64,000 nt of DNA, taken from positions 62,001-126,000 of the forward strand of contig JALAGF010001848.1 in NCBI GenBank assembly GCA_030167865.1, read 5' to 3'. The position numbers and the translations under genes were made by a program. Positions 23,178-34,677 of the stretch are shown in pieces. Below the pieces are notes generated by a model. That model ran no database searches. It worked only from the letters and a program-made list of their open reading frames with translations, and was not told the origin of the DNA. The stretch is from Craspedostauros australis (lineage: Eukaryota). The stretch's first letter is position 1. Each line of letters begins with the position of its first letter.

Positions 23178-24225
23178 GGTGGTTTGTTTGGGTTTGAGAC
23201 GAGCACGAATACGAGCACGACTACGAATAAGGGGATCTTCTCCTTGATTGCAAGTATCGTATGGTAGAGTACTCACTCTGTGCTGCACAGCGTATTCTGT
23301 TGGAACAGCAGAGAATGGAGAATCTCAAGCAGAGAATGAGCTTCCGATGCGCCTTCGCTCAACAAAGGATCTTGTCTCCGCGTGTTCTCTTGGTTGGTGC
23401 GGTTGGATTGGTGCGTGTATTGGCGCACGTGTTGATGAGGAAGTCGTGGCAGGCTTTGACGACGATGGTGATATAGTATTATAGAATAGTATGCAGCACT
23501 CTGTTGTACGGGTATAGCACACGGATTGTATCTGCGTTGGCAAGTCGCAACCACGATGCTATGAAGCTACGATGACGATGCAATGGATGACATGGCAACA
23601 ACGCCCACAACGCGAAACGGAATCAATCCAAACGCCGACGCAAGACAGGCTGATCCGCCGCACGAGAACACTCTCCTCGCCCACACCAACACCAACACCA
23701 ACACTCACGACAACGCCAACAACGGTCACAAGAGAACACATGACATACGCCACGCAAACGGCCACGACGCTGTGCTGGAAAATCCATTCAGCAGAAGGTT
23801 TTGTTGAAGTCGTGTCACGCAATCCGTCATCTCGGGGTTGCGGAGAAATACAAACAACTGCGATGTCACTGCTTTCTTGACTTCTTCGATCAGAAGCATG
23901 CCACGCACAACGGAGGTAGATGGACATTCGCAAACCTCACAAAACAGTGCATTGATCGTCCATTCCAACAAGACAAACAGCAGCTCCTCGAATCCTTACA
24001 ACATCTCCGGCAAAGCGATTGTGGTTGTGTTTGATGTCTCATTTCATTTCATATTGGTTCCTTGCTTGCGTTAGTATTGGTGTTGCCGAAATCATCCACA
24101 GTCAGTCGAGCATAGGTTCAGATCAGATCCAATGGTCAAAGCGGGCAGACCATGCTCGCACTGTGCTCCATGACTCGTCAAGTACTATGCCTACACGACT
24201 CTGGCTGTCAAGCATCAGCCAAGGT

Positions 24226-26419
24226 TTATGGTTCGAACTTCAGAAGGACGAAGTCGTGGTAATCATCCTCGCCTTCATCGCCCAAGTCTTCGGTTTCGTT
24301 GCCAAGCTCCTTGTCCAGCGTTCGTGTGAGCTCGGACTCCTTGCCGTTGTGGACCTTGTACAGCACGGCGGTGAAGTCGACTGGGAGGCCGTAACGGAGG
24401 ACGCTCTCCACGAACACCCGGATCACCTTGATGTGCATCCACGCGACGAAGGCATCCCCGTAGTGGGTCTTGCACCATCGCATCAGCGCGCTCTTCATGC
24501 CGTCCACCTCCACCTGGAGCTGCTCGCGGGCCATGGCGGACTTGGACGCCTGGGAGGCGTCCCACTTGAAGTCGCGGACGATGTATCGCTTCTCCTTGCA
24601 CAGCTTCACGAAGTCGGCCTCGAAGTCCGTCTTCTTGCCGGCCTGGAAGGTGTCGCCTTCGTAGTATCCGGCCTCGTACTGGCCCTTCAGGATGGTCACG
24701 GTGTACAGGATGCTGTCGTTGTCGTTGTGGATCTGCTGGAGGGATCCTGGGACGACTGGTGAACCGGTCTTTTTCTGTCTGTCCAGGTTGGCACCGAAGT
24801 GGGTTGGCTTGCCAAGCTTGCCTGGGTTGCGGCTCCAGTCCGGTCCGCCGTAGCCGACCATCGATCCTCCCAGGCTCTCGATCTTCTTCTCGAATTCATC
24901 CTTCATACCCTTGGGGATGGCGATGAACATCGTTTTCAGGTATTCCGAGTCCACGACATCCACACCGCGCATGAGATCCGCATTCAACGCATCGTTGAGG
25001 TCGGCAACCATGAGGTTTCCACCCTGACGACGCTTGGAGTCGGCGAGGGCGGTCTGCTTCTCACCGAATGATGCAGTCAGCTGCTTCAGCTCCTCCTCGA
25101 CGGCAGCGGCTCCACCAGCGATCAGAGACACAAGCTCCTTCAATGGTCTGCGGTTTGGGTATTTGGCACTGTCCCACGCGAATTGCTGGATGTATCGTGC
25201 TGCTGGGACACCGCCGACCGAAAGGTCTGCCTGCTTCTGGAACAGATCATGTCCAGTTCGCTCTATCTTGCGCACAATTCCCTCCACGATGGTGTCGGTC
25301 TTTGTGAGGTCGTCGCTAAGGTTCTGTTCGAATGAAGAGTGCAAGGTGGGTGGCAGGTGTTGCGAAGGGGTGAGATGGAGTGCGTATGGGAAGTCATTGC
25401 ATTTGCATTGAGGCGTGTGGCAGTTGTTTCGTGGTATTTCATTTCAGGTGTGTTGTCATGCGTGCACGGATGTTGGGTTAGTTTCAGTTGTATTCGCGAT
25501 ACGATGTGGTTCCATCGGATGCCCTTCATTAGATTGGATTGGGTTGAATCGAGTGTTCTTGCGTGCACATTCCACCTCTTGCTACTTCGCTCGTTCCACT
25601 TCACTTCACATCACATCACATGGCACCATGCCGTACGTAGTATGGCACGCCGTAGCTGTGGCGTTGGGTGCAGAGTAACGTGCATGCCGACACGAATGAC
25701 CCCGACCGCAGCGTCTTTCTCACATGCTTCAGTTCTGTTCACGAAATCCGTCAACAAGACGCTGCACGTCGAACGCGATTTGCAACCGCACAGCCATCTT
25801 ACCATCAAAGTATCAAGCGTTCCAACAGTCAACGATGGCACCTCGAATTTGAACATCTCTGGAAGCCGAGTATCGCAATGCCACGGGTGGTTTTGTTTCA
25901 TCACCGAATCCAAACGTTGTTGTCGTTGTCGATGTTAGTGTTGACATCATAGACGTGGTGTGATGCGGCCAATGACATCACGATAGCGTCGCAAACATCA
26001 ATTGATCGACATACCCAATTGCCATGCAATGATGGAAGGAATGGTGGAAGCGAGCAAAGAGAGAGAACAACCATGTGATGTGATATGATGTGAGGAATGA
26101 CCAATGACGACGCACCAATCATCCGGTTCGCAAACCACCAAGCCACTCCATCATCCTTCGTTCATCTGTTCATTTGTTCAACCCCTTGCATGGCCCTTTT
26201 CGGCACATCATGAACAACCGGCCCAGCCCTACGCAAGCCCTACGCAAGCCCAATGCAAGGCCAACGCAACGTCAACGTGACGCCGACGAGAATAAAAACG
26301 ACCGAAGGAAACGCACCTGCGAATGGCTTCTCCGGACAGGCGCCGGCAGCCTGCATCTTGCGGTAGGCCTGCTCAGGGGCACCCCCGCCATTGGAGATCG
26401 CAGCGATGAAGTAGCTCAT
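24226..26419 (-). CDS. VHA-C: V-type H+-ATPase subunit C, ~418 aa, 3 exons
   Basis: Exons 26419-26317, 25858-25803 and 25323-24226 (donors GTGCGT and GTAAGA; CAG acceptors; phases 1 and 0) give ...FKFEVPSLTVGTLDTLM|NLSDDL. Also FAWDSAKYP, SEYLKT and AWMHIKVIRVFVESVLRYGLP. Confidence 0.94.
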
Positions 26420-27310
26420 GGTCGTCTCTGTTGCCTACGCTGTGGTGTAGCGGTTGTTGTTGACGTTCGCAGTATTAACGCTGTTGACGATGGGTGTTGC
26501 GATGCGGAACCGTTCGGTTGGTGATGATGCTGTTTTCGATGCTGCCGTCGGCGTCCTTGTTGCCCGCGGTGCTCTTCTTGCGCTTTTGCTCCGTCCGATC
26601 GCAAGGAACAAAGTCGAGAGGCACAAAGTCGGGAAGAGAAAAGGGGAGAACGCAACAGCAACAGAAGCAACGGAAAGGACTGCAGCAAATCTCCATCACC
26701 ACTCACACGCACAAAAACACACACGCACACACGAGAAGCACGAAGCATTGACAAAACAGCACCACGCAACACGACACAGCACACAACATGGCGCAGCGCA
26801 ATGAGACATTTGTAGCCGTTGGCAAGCCAGTCTTGCGACATGGTTGGCGAGAGCCGAGCCGGCCGATAGCGAAGACGATTGGTTCGACCGCTGCTCCTCC
26901 CACAAAATGATGGGATATTCGACTCAATTGATTCATCCTGCATTTGGTTCAGTCGCAGTATTCGATTCACGAACACCGAACCAAACAAGACCGAAAAGTC
27001 GCGACAGGCGGCTCCAAACACAACCATCGCGAAGGCAACGACGAGAACAACCACAGCCACAACGCGATCCGCATCCACACCAGCAACCTCCTTCTCGCAA
27101 CGTTGGTGGGCCCAGCATCTGCGAGCCACGAGCCATCATAAAATAGGTCGTACGCGTACTTCACTGCTTCTACGAATTGCGCACAGACATCGAAGGCAAC
27201 AACGCAACGAACAGCGAAGAGAAGAATCGACGGTGCAACAATCGCATTCCGTCGCAACACCACTACGTGCTAATACTCGTGCTAATACTCGTGCTCATAC
27301 TATTAGCACC

Positions 27311-29872
27311 ATGAGTTCCAAGCATCTGGTGGATCTGTCCACGAAGATCGGAGGGCGGATAGTGCAGCCTGCATTCCCCGTGGTGGATTCGAACCAGCCG
27401 ACGCCGCTGGAGGCATCCTTCCAGGCCTCGTTGAAGACGTGGACGGATGAAAACGTGCCTCTGGAGCCCGTGGAGGGAATCCAAAGGCGAGAGAGGGTGC
27501 TGAACCGGATGGGAGCGCTGGTGCGCAGCTGGATCCGATCGGTCTGCGTCAAGCGCAAGCTGCAGGCGGACCTGGTGGCAAGCGCGGGTGGCCAGCTCTT
27601 CACGTCGGGTTCCTACCGATTGGGCGTCCACGAACCGGGTGCCGACATCGACTGCATCCTCGTGGCTCCCAACGTCTGCACCAAGCAGGACTTCTTCGGC
27701 ACCATCCCGCAGGATGAGGACTCGACGGATCAGCCGCTGCGAGATCCGGAGTCGTTGGCGGAGCGTATCCGCGTGCATCCTGATGTCACCAACTTCGTCC
27801 CCGTGGAAGGTGCGGCGGTTCCCATTCTCACGTTCGATTGGGAAGGCGTCAACATCGACCTTCTCTTCGCGAGGCTCAACACAGTCACCGTGCCGACCGA
27901 TTTTGACATCGACAACGACATGGTGCTGGATGGCGTCGACAGCGCGACGGAGAAATCCCTCAACGGCCCGCGTGTCACCAACCTCATCGCCGCGCTCGTC
28001 GGGGGAAACCCGCAGCGGTATGATACCTTCCTCGCGGTCGTCCGGTGCGTGAGGAAGTGGGCCAAGGCACGTGGCCTGTACAGCAACAAGATGGGATACT
28101 GGGGTGGAGTCAACATCAACATCGGCGTCGCCCTTTGTGTTCAACTGTATCCCACCGCCAATCCGGCGGCGTTGCTGCGCAAGTTCTTCCTCGTCTTCAA
28201 GACGTGGAGATGGCCGAACCCCGTCCTGCTGACCAAGCCGCACGATGCGGGCTACGGATTGCCGGTGTGGCAGCCTGGTTCGATGCAAACAGCACGGCAG
28301 GTGGCGCCCATGGTGACGCCCGCCTACCCGGCCATGAACTCCACCTTGGCCGTGAGCCGGCAGACGCTGCAGATCCTGCACGAAGAGTTCTGCCGTGGGC
28401 ACATCATCATCGACAAGCTGTGGAAGGAGCATCAGCAGGATCCCTCCAAGGAGCTGGACTGGAACGAGCTGTTCCGCCCGTCCGACTTCTTCATCGCCTA
28501 TCCGTACTACGTCAGCCTCTGCATCGTGGGACCGACCCAAGCCGATGCACAGGCCTGGGCAGGTTTCGTGGAGTCCAGGCTCCGAAAGCTGGTGTCCGAT
28601 CTCCTGGGACGTTCCTTGCCGCTGTCCAAGATCCAGCTGTGGCCCAAGAAGACGGAGGCCTGCATCGCCGATCGTTCCGCTCTCCTCACGACGGCGCAAC
28701 GCATGAACTCGATCACCTACTTTGTCGGTTTCAAGGTCGACAAGATGCGCATGAGAGGTGATCAGCTCAATGTGGAGGTGCAGATGAACAAATTCAGAGA
28801 GTGGGAGCTGTCGCGTTTCCAACCGCTGATGAACGGCATGGATCTGCTGGCCAAGAGCTTCAAGTGCAAACACCTGCCCAAGATGGTGTTCGAAATGTAC
28901 GATGGTGGCAAGGAGGGTGCCATGAAGCGACGACGAGCGCTGCGCAACGCAGATCCTCGACGGCAGGAGCGAAGGCGATTGAAGAAGCTGGAGGAGCTCA
29001 AGACCAAGATGGCAGAAATCCAACGGCGCAAGGAAGAGAGTAAGAAGAAGCGGAAGCGATCCCAGGAAGGCGAGGAGGAAGGAGATGGTGGAAGCGAAGC
29101 AGCCAAAGCGGCTGGCGAGGAAGGAGCCGACGAAGACGCAGATGCCGATGGCGAAGCTGCCAAGAGGATCAAGTTGGAGGAGGCAGAAGAGCAAGTAGGT
29201 GACAACGAAAATGGCGATGCTGGTGGTGACGGTGATGGTGATGGTCAGACTCCACTGGAGGGAGAGGAGGCCAACCAGCTGGAAAGTGCGTTGGATTACA
29301 TTCAGGACGACACTGGTGCCACGAAGACACGTGAAGAAGCCGAGGCAGACCGACAGAAGCTGCTGCAGGGCGACTCCATGCTGAATGATGCCGAAGACTA
29401 CGTGGCCAGCGACGAGGAGGACATGGGGTACACCGGAGATGCGATACGCAACGTGATGCTGAATCGATCCTCCACGGGCGGTGCTGGGGTGGATCGGGAG
29501 TTCCGCGATTCGCGGGCGCTGAAGATGCAGGAGAAGGAGATCGCCGCGCTGCGCGAGGTTGGATTCCACATCGTGACTGATGCCGAAGAGGAGACGAAGG
29601 TGATCGGCGGCAACATGCCAGCTCCGTTCCGCCCCATCGTGGGCGACGTGGACCTACCACCGCAGGCGCTGAAGATCAAGTTCAAATCGAACTTTGACAT
29701 GGTACAGCTCGACGAGTACGGCCATGTCGTGGACAAGGGCGATGAGGACTTCCGACCGAGCAAGAAATGGATCGGCAGGAGGGCTGGGTTCGAATTCAAG
29801 CTGGGCGAGCGCGGATTGGGTTACTATCGTACTGGCAAGAAAGTCGTCGTGCCGTCCAACACGGCATACTGA
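27311..29872 (+). CDS. PAP: Canonical nuclear poly(A) polymerase, ~853 aa
   Basis: GSYRLGVHEPGADID catalytic motif, IDLLFA, SLNGPRVT, WAKARGLYSNKMGYWGG, WRWPNPV, TPAYPAMNST, WAGFVESRLRKL. Start placed at MSSKHL (27311). Confidence 0.95.
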   Translation: MSSKHLVDLSTKIGGRIVQPAFPVVDSNQPTPLEASFQASLKTWTDENVPLEPVEGIQRRERVLNRMGALVRSWIRSVCVKRKLQADLVASAGGQLFTSGSYRLGVHEPGADIDCILVAPNVCTKQDFFGTIPQDEDSTDQPLRDPESLAERIRVHPDVTNFVPVEGAAVPILTFDWEGVNIDLLFARLNTVTVPTDFDIDNDMVLDGVDSATEKSLNGPRVTNLIAALVGGNPQRYDTFLAVVRCVRKWAKARGLYSNKMGYWGGVNINIGVALCVQLYPTANPAALLRKFFLVFKTWRWPNPVLLTKPHDAGYGLPVWQPGSMQTARQVAPMVTPAYPAMNSTLAVSRQTLQILHEEFCRGHIIIDKLWKEHQQDPSKELDWNELFRPSDFFIAYPYYVSLCIVGPTQADAQAWAGFVESRLRKLVSDLLGRSLPLSKIQLWPKKTEACIADRSALLTTAQRMNSITYFVGFKVDKMRMRGDQLNVEVQMNKFREWELSRFQPLMNGMDLLAKSFKCKHLPKMVFEMYDGGKEGAMKRRRALRNADPRRQERRRLKKLEELKTKMAEIQRRKEESKKKRKRSQEGEEEGDGGSEAAKAAGEEGADEDADADGEAAKRIKLEEAEEQVGDNENGDAGGDGDGDGQTPLEGEEANQLESALDYIQDDTGATKTREEAEADRQKLLQGDSMLNDAEDYVASDEEDMGYTGDAIRNVMLNRSSTGGAGVDREFRDSRALKMQEKEIAALREVGFHIVTDAEEETKVIGGNMPAPFRPIVGDVDLPPQALKIKFKSNFDMVQLDEYGHVVDKGDEDFRPSKKWIGRRAGFEFKLGERGLGYYRTGKKVVVPSNTAY

Positions 29873-30256
29873 TGATGTGTTGTGTAGAGCATGGATGCTC
29901 TCTCCCTCGCTCCAGAGAGTATGGATGCACTAGCATGGTTGGAGGCAAGTCGCAGAGTGGCCAATACTGGAGAATGCCAACAGAGAGTAGAGGAACGTAG
30001 AACAATTGTTCCGGCCTTGGAGTCTGGAATGCAATTCGAAGACAATACATGACGGGGAAAGGGAAGAAGGGAAGCTGAAGAGGAAAGTAATGCCGTGGCA
30101 TCTCAGGAGCACGATATCCTCGCGCCTTCCATGAAAGGATGCTGCATCCGTGCTCTGATCTTCTCTTGTTTATCACGTGGAGTAGTAATACATGCTCCTT
30201 CGTAGTTGTACGTGTGTGAATGCAGATACAACATAATAGAATGCTCTCTCGATCAG

Positions 30257-30275
30257 CAGAGAGAGAGAGAGAGAG
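30257..30275. repeat. (AG)n microsatellite
   Basis: agagagagagagagaga run read directly. Confidence 0.85.
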
Positions 30276-31958
30276 ATCGGCTGGTGGAGTACTAATACTC
30301 TATCGCGATGTGAAAGAAGATCTGTGGTGTCGAAAGGTGCGGCGTGGTGACCACGCTCTTGGCGGGTGACAGGGGTGCGTCTGGGAGGAGGTGGGTGATG
30401 TCAATTGGTTGAGCTTGGTATCTTTTGTGGTCTTTGTGGTGAACGTTCTGGTGTGTGGGGGTGACAGTTCTGGTGTCGGAGACGTGTCACATCACAAACG
30501 AATTGTTGACATCTTCTTCGTCCGTGTTCTTCCCCCAATCAGCTCTCCTTGCCACGACACGCGGATTGCGCGCGCAACCAGCTGCGACAACTTCCCACAG
30601 AACAAAAACCAAAGTTCGGACGCAGAACATCAAACGCAAGAAGTCTGGGCGAAGCGCAAATCAAAAGGAAGGAAGCAGGCTGGAGCACATCAATACACAC
30701 ACCACCACACTCTTCAGTAGTATTATACGAGCTGCAGTAGCACAACGCAACAACAAACCAGGCTTGCGCCACAACACACCCCAGCAAAGCGAAAGACGTT
30801 GGGAGAGAGCTGAGTTCAAACCATCGCTGCGACGAGGCAATACATCAACATTGGCAACAACAAGAACAACACTCGCATTGGACATTGCGGCAGAGAGCAC
30901 AGGTATCTCCTCTATTGGTACTCGCATCCGTAGTAGTACACTGTCGAACGTTCATACCAATACCGCACTCTCCGAAGGAGCGACCATAGAGCTGAGTGAC
31001 TTCACCTGATCACAAGACCCATCTTTTTATTGAACTGGAGAGGTGAGTGAAGCCAACCAGAGAGTACTCAGATGGTGAAGTCTGTGAGCTGCAATGAACA
31101 AGACTGGAAGGGGGAACAAGAAGCGCATGAACCGAAGGGTGCACTTGTCCTGTCTTTGCTAATCGACACTGTGACGGCCACCAGGCAATAGAGCAGGCCT
31201 TGTCACAATGGGAGGGGATGCAACTGGCTGTGGCGATGCACTTCTCGAGGCAATGAGTGCAGGAAACAAGAGCATCAGTCGCAAAGACAGAGCAGCAGCG
31301 CAAACGGTGACACTCGTGTCGTTGATCGATCAGGAAGCATGCTTGCCGCCAATCCTGCGAAGCAGAACGCTGGGTGGTTGCGAGTGGTCATTTCTCGTGC
31401 GTTTTCGGCAATGTTCTCATCGAAGACCAGCCGCGCATCTCGAAAAACGACATCCAACGGCATCGCATTGCATCACACTCCGCTGAATTCCCCAGTCATC
31501 CACCCACGCCCCTGTTCCTCGGTACTTGTACGACCTATGTATCCAGTCGTCGACTCCTTCGTCTGCCACCAAATGACTTTCATCATTCACACCCCTCACA
31601 AGCACTCTTCATTCATCACCTGTCTCATCACTCATCTTTCATCGTTTGCCGTCTCCATCGTCATCGCCAAAACAATTGCTGTCCCTGTTGCTGATGTTGC
31701 TGCTGCTGCTGCTGCTACTGTTCTTCATCACCTTCTCGTCCACACAGAACTTCGTCGTCATTCTTAGACTCTTCTGGTCAGACTCTCCCAATCAGGCACG
31801 CACCAAACTGTGTGGACTGGAGAACTACAGAACAACTGACCCGAATTCCATCTTGTCACACGAGAGAGAGAGAGAGAGCACCCCGGAACACAGCATCACC
31901 CACACAGCAACAGCGCACTCTTCGACAGAGAGTGTCATACTGATAATTACTGCGAACC

Positions 31959-33971
31959 ATGGACAATCCAAACGCGAAATGCACCTTGCGACGAAGGACC
32001 TCATTGCCATCGAAGTACGGAATTCACACCACTTCCCTCCTGGTCAAAAGTCGTCTCCAAAAGACCAATCCCTACGTCGGATCCTTCCGTCACTCCCCAC
32101 CGTCGACCTTCCGTTCCTGCTTCTTGGGTACGACCATGACGTGCACAACCTCCAAGAGCGTCAACGTCCGCGCCAACATCCGGATTCGGTCTTCGCCTCT
32201 GTCTTCCAAAGCCCAGAAGCGGTCACCCTACGTCGGCTGGTTCCGCCACGCGCCTCCTTCATTTCGTCAAAACTCACAGAACTACAACAACACCAACAAC
32301 GGCCGCAGTTCCGCCATTTCCAAAACAAATGCCATTGATCAGAATGAAATGTTGCTGGAGCACTGCCGGCAACTTGCCCTCATCGTGGCATCGGCTTCAG
32401 TGACCGCCATCCACCACTCCAAGTCTCCACGTCTCACCAAAGACGGCTTCCTTCCATTGCTCGAGCTCGTCGATGGTCGCCTGCTCGGCGGTGGCAAGGA
32501 CTACATGCACCCCCAGCACCACAAAGCAACCTCGTCTCTGGCACAAACCAATGACTCGGTGCTTGCGCGCTTCGGATCGTGGCTCGTGCAGGACGCGTCC
32601 GCTCCCTCTCCAGCAACATCGACTTCACGAAATCAGCAGCGATCGTTGGGGCCGTTGCAACGCATCAATGAGTACGAAGATGATAGCTTGAACCCACCTG
32701 ACTACACAGAGAGCGAACGTGAAGATGACGATTATGATGACGACTACGATTATGACTACGACGGACACAATCCCCAAAGCGCAGATGACTGCTGCGATGC
32801 TGGATCGGACTGCTCGTCGCTGTCGGACGACGGTGATGAAAAGGAAACCGGGGATGGAATCTCCAGTATCTACCTCTCTTCGTCAAGATCTGCAGAAGAT
32901 GGAACATCACTCGTAAAGCCACAGACATCATCGTCATCACCATCCACCCCACTCGCTTCAATCGCAAAGAGCGAGCGCTTCGATCTTTCTCTGTCAGAGA
33001 TCGCCAAGACTTGCTATCCCGACCAAGCAACTCAGCACATCGCCGCATTGCCATCAAGCGGAAATGATCACGCCGATGCCTCCAAAAGCAGCGACGGCAA
33101 CCAGTTGGACTACGTCATCAGCCAAATGGACATCGCCCGGATGGCCCGCAATGCGTCCCGCCACCTCGATGTCGACAGCATCCTCAAGCTACCAACCATC
33201 ACGTACACTCAAACGGAACAACAGACTTCATCGTCGATGTCGACGACGGTGTCGACGTCGATATCGTCTTCACACGCAGCTCCGCCGCCGTCCCTCAATT
33301 CTCCAAGCACTCGCAACGATGTTGCGACCGACCACAGCTACGAGCAGATTTCACCAAGAGCTCGACAAAGTGAGACTACCTCAGCAACTAGAGCAGCAGC
33401 GTCCTCGCCATCCGGACGGTCGGTGCTGGTATCGTCATCAATGCTACCAACGGTGGCCACCATCCCGGAAGACGAGCCGTCCTCGCGAGAGAGCTGGAGC
33501 TGGATGATGGTCTCAAGTGACAAGGCCCCGCACGAAGCGATCACGAAAACCAAGACCGAAGACGGTGGACAGATCATCATCAGCGAAGGCATGCCGCTGG
33601 ATGATGCACCACCGTCAGCCGGGGCTGCAACTAGCACGATCCAACACGACGCAACATCCCCGTTTGTTTCGAACGGCGCGGGCTGCGTGATCTGCATGGA
33701 GACCTTTTCGCACGGGGATCGTTTGCGGGTGCTGCCGTGCGATCATCTGTTCCACGTCGGCTGCATCGACAAGTGGCTGGCCGGGTCCCACTCCTTCGAC
33801 GAATGCTACACCAGCGGATGCCCGACCTGCAAGAAGGAGGCATCGGCGATGTGCTTGCCGATCCACGACCCGATGCAAGACTCCACCTGCTCCGATGGCT
33901 CCGTTCCATCGTGGGCGTTCGCCAGATTGGGCCAGATCCTTGCCAAGCAGGCGTCGTCCCTGCATTCCTAG
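31959..33971 (+). CDS. RING-H2 (C3H2C3) zinc-finger protein, probable E3 ubiquitin ligase, 670 aa
   Basis: CVICMETFSHGDRLRVLPCDHLFHVGCIDKWL...CPTC near the C-terminus; the rest is largely S/T/D-rich. Start not certain. Confidence 0.85.
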   Translation: MDNPNAKCTLRRRTSLPSKYGIHTTSLLVKSRLQKTNPYVGSFRHSPPSTFRSCFLGTTMTCTTSKSVNVRANIRIRSSPLSSKAQKRSPYVGWFRHAPPSFRQNSQNYNNTNNGRSSAISKTNAIDQNEMLLEHCRQLALIVASASVTAIHHSKSPRLTKDGFLPLLELVDGRLLGGGKDYMHPQHHKATSSLAQTNDSVLARFGSWLVQDASAPSPATSTSRNQQRSLGPLQRINEYEDDSLNPPDYTESEREDDDYDDDYDYDYDGHNPQSADDCCDAGSDCSSLSDDGDEKETGDGISSIYLSSSRSAEDGTSLVKPQTSSSSPSTPLASIAKSERFDLSLSEIAKTCYPDQATQHIAALPSSGNDHADASKSSDGNQLDYVISQMDIARMARNASRHLDVDSILKLPTITYTQTEQQTSSSMSTTVSTSISSSHAAPPPSLNSPSTRNDVATDHSYEQISPRARQSETTSATRAAASSPSGRSVLVSSSMLPTVATIPEDEPSSRESWSWMMVSSDKAPHEAITKTKTEDGGQIIISEGMPLDDAPPSAGAATSTIQHDATSPFVSNGAGCVICMETFSHGDRLRVLPCDHLFHVGCIDKWLAGSHSFDECYTSGCPTCKKEASAMCLPIHDPMQDSTCSDGSVPSWAFARLGQILAKQASSLHS

Positions 33972-34677
33972 CGAGTACGTACATATTATATAATGCGATT
34001 TGCTCGGAAGTGAGAAAAGGGGAGGGAGTTGTTGAAGAGTAGCTACCAGCCATTGATCCAGCTGTGTACATAGCGCACCCGCAACCATCGAAGCAAATGA
34101 ATGTAGAGTAAAAGTAGAGCACACCCGCTTACGTAGGTATAATACATAAGGAGCAACGAAGCACGAGTGTCATATTTAAAGTATTATACGAACGTATTAC
34201 CATTCATCCAAGAATACCACACAAGTGTCGTGGCTTGGCAACTCTTGGGGCTGTTTGCTGGATTTGTATATTTTATTTGTATAGATTATCTGTGCAGTTT
34301 ATGATGACGTGTGCAATATTCGACTCATATGATTAGATGAAGTTCGACAAAGTTCTCTCGACGTGCCGAAACACGATGATGAGCGCGCAACAAACGAAGG
34401 AATGGGCGATGTTCTGGATTCCTCTCGGCCTCCATCCACAATCTGGTCACGGCAAACACAGAGACAGCAATCGTGACATTAACAGGCCATACTCAAAGTC
34501 AAGACCATCATCAAGGTCGTCATCAGGCATCAGCAAGGGAGATCATCGAGCGACACCGACAAGCATTGCAGCAAGGACTATCGGAATAAACATCAATCGC
34601 AAGACTCTAGCTGTCAACGCAGGAGATATCACACACCAAGACATTTTCTCTCTCGGGAGAAGGAAATCGCAGACAAC

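Noticed and set aside
26879..27310. 144-codon in-frame N-terminal extension of PAP in the ORF track
   Set aside because: Starts at a non-ATG codon and has the C/A-rich, repeat-containing character of 5' UTR/promoter DNA.
27263..29569. 768-aa ORF antisense to poly(A) polymerase
   Set aside because: Shadow ORF produced by strong codon bias of the sense gene; no recognisable motifs.
30391..31767. Several 100-180 aa ORFs between PAP and the RING gene
   Set aside because: No motifs or coding-like codon bias that I can see; more consistent with promoter and long 5' UTR. An unrecognised exon cannot be excluded.
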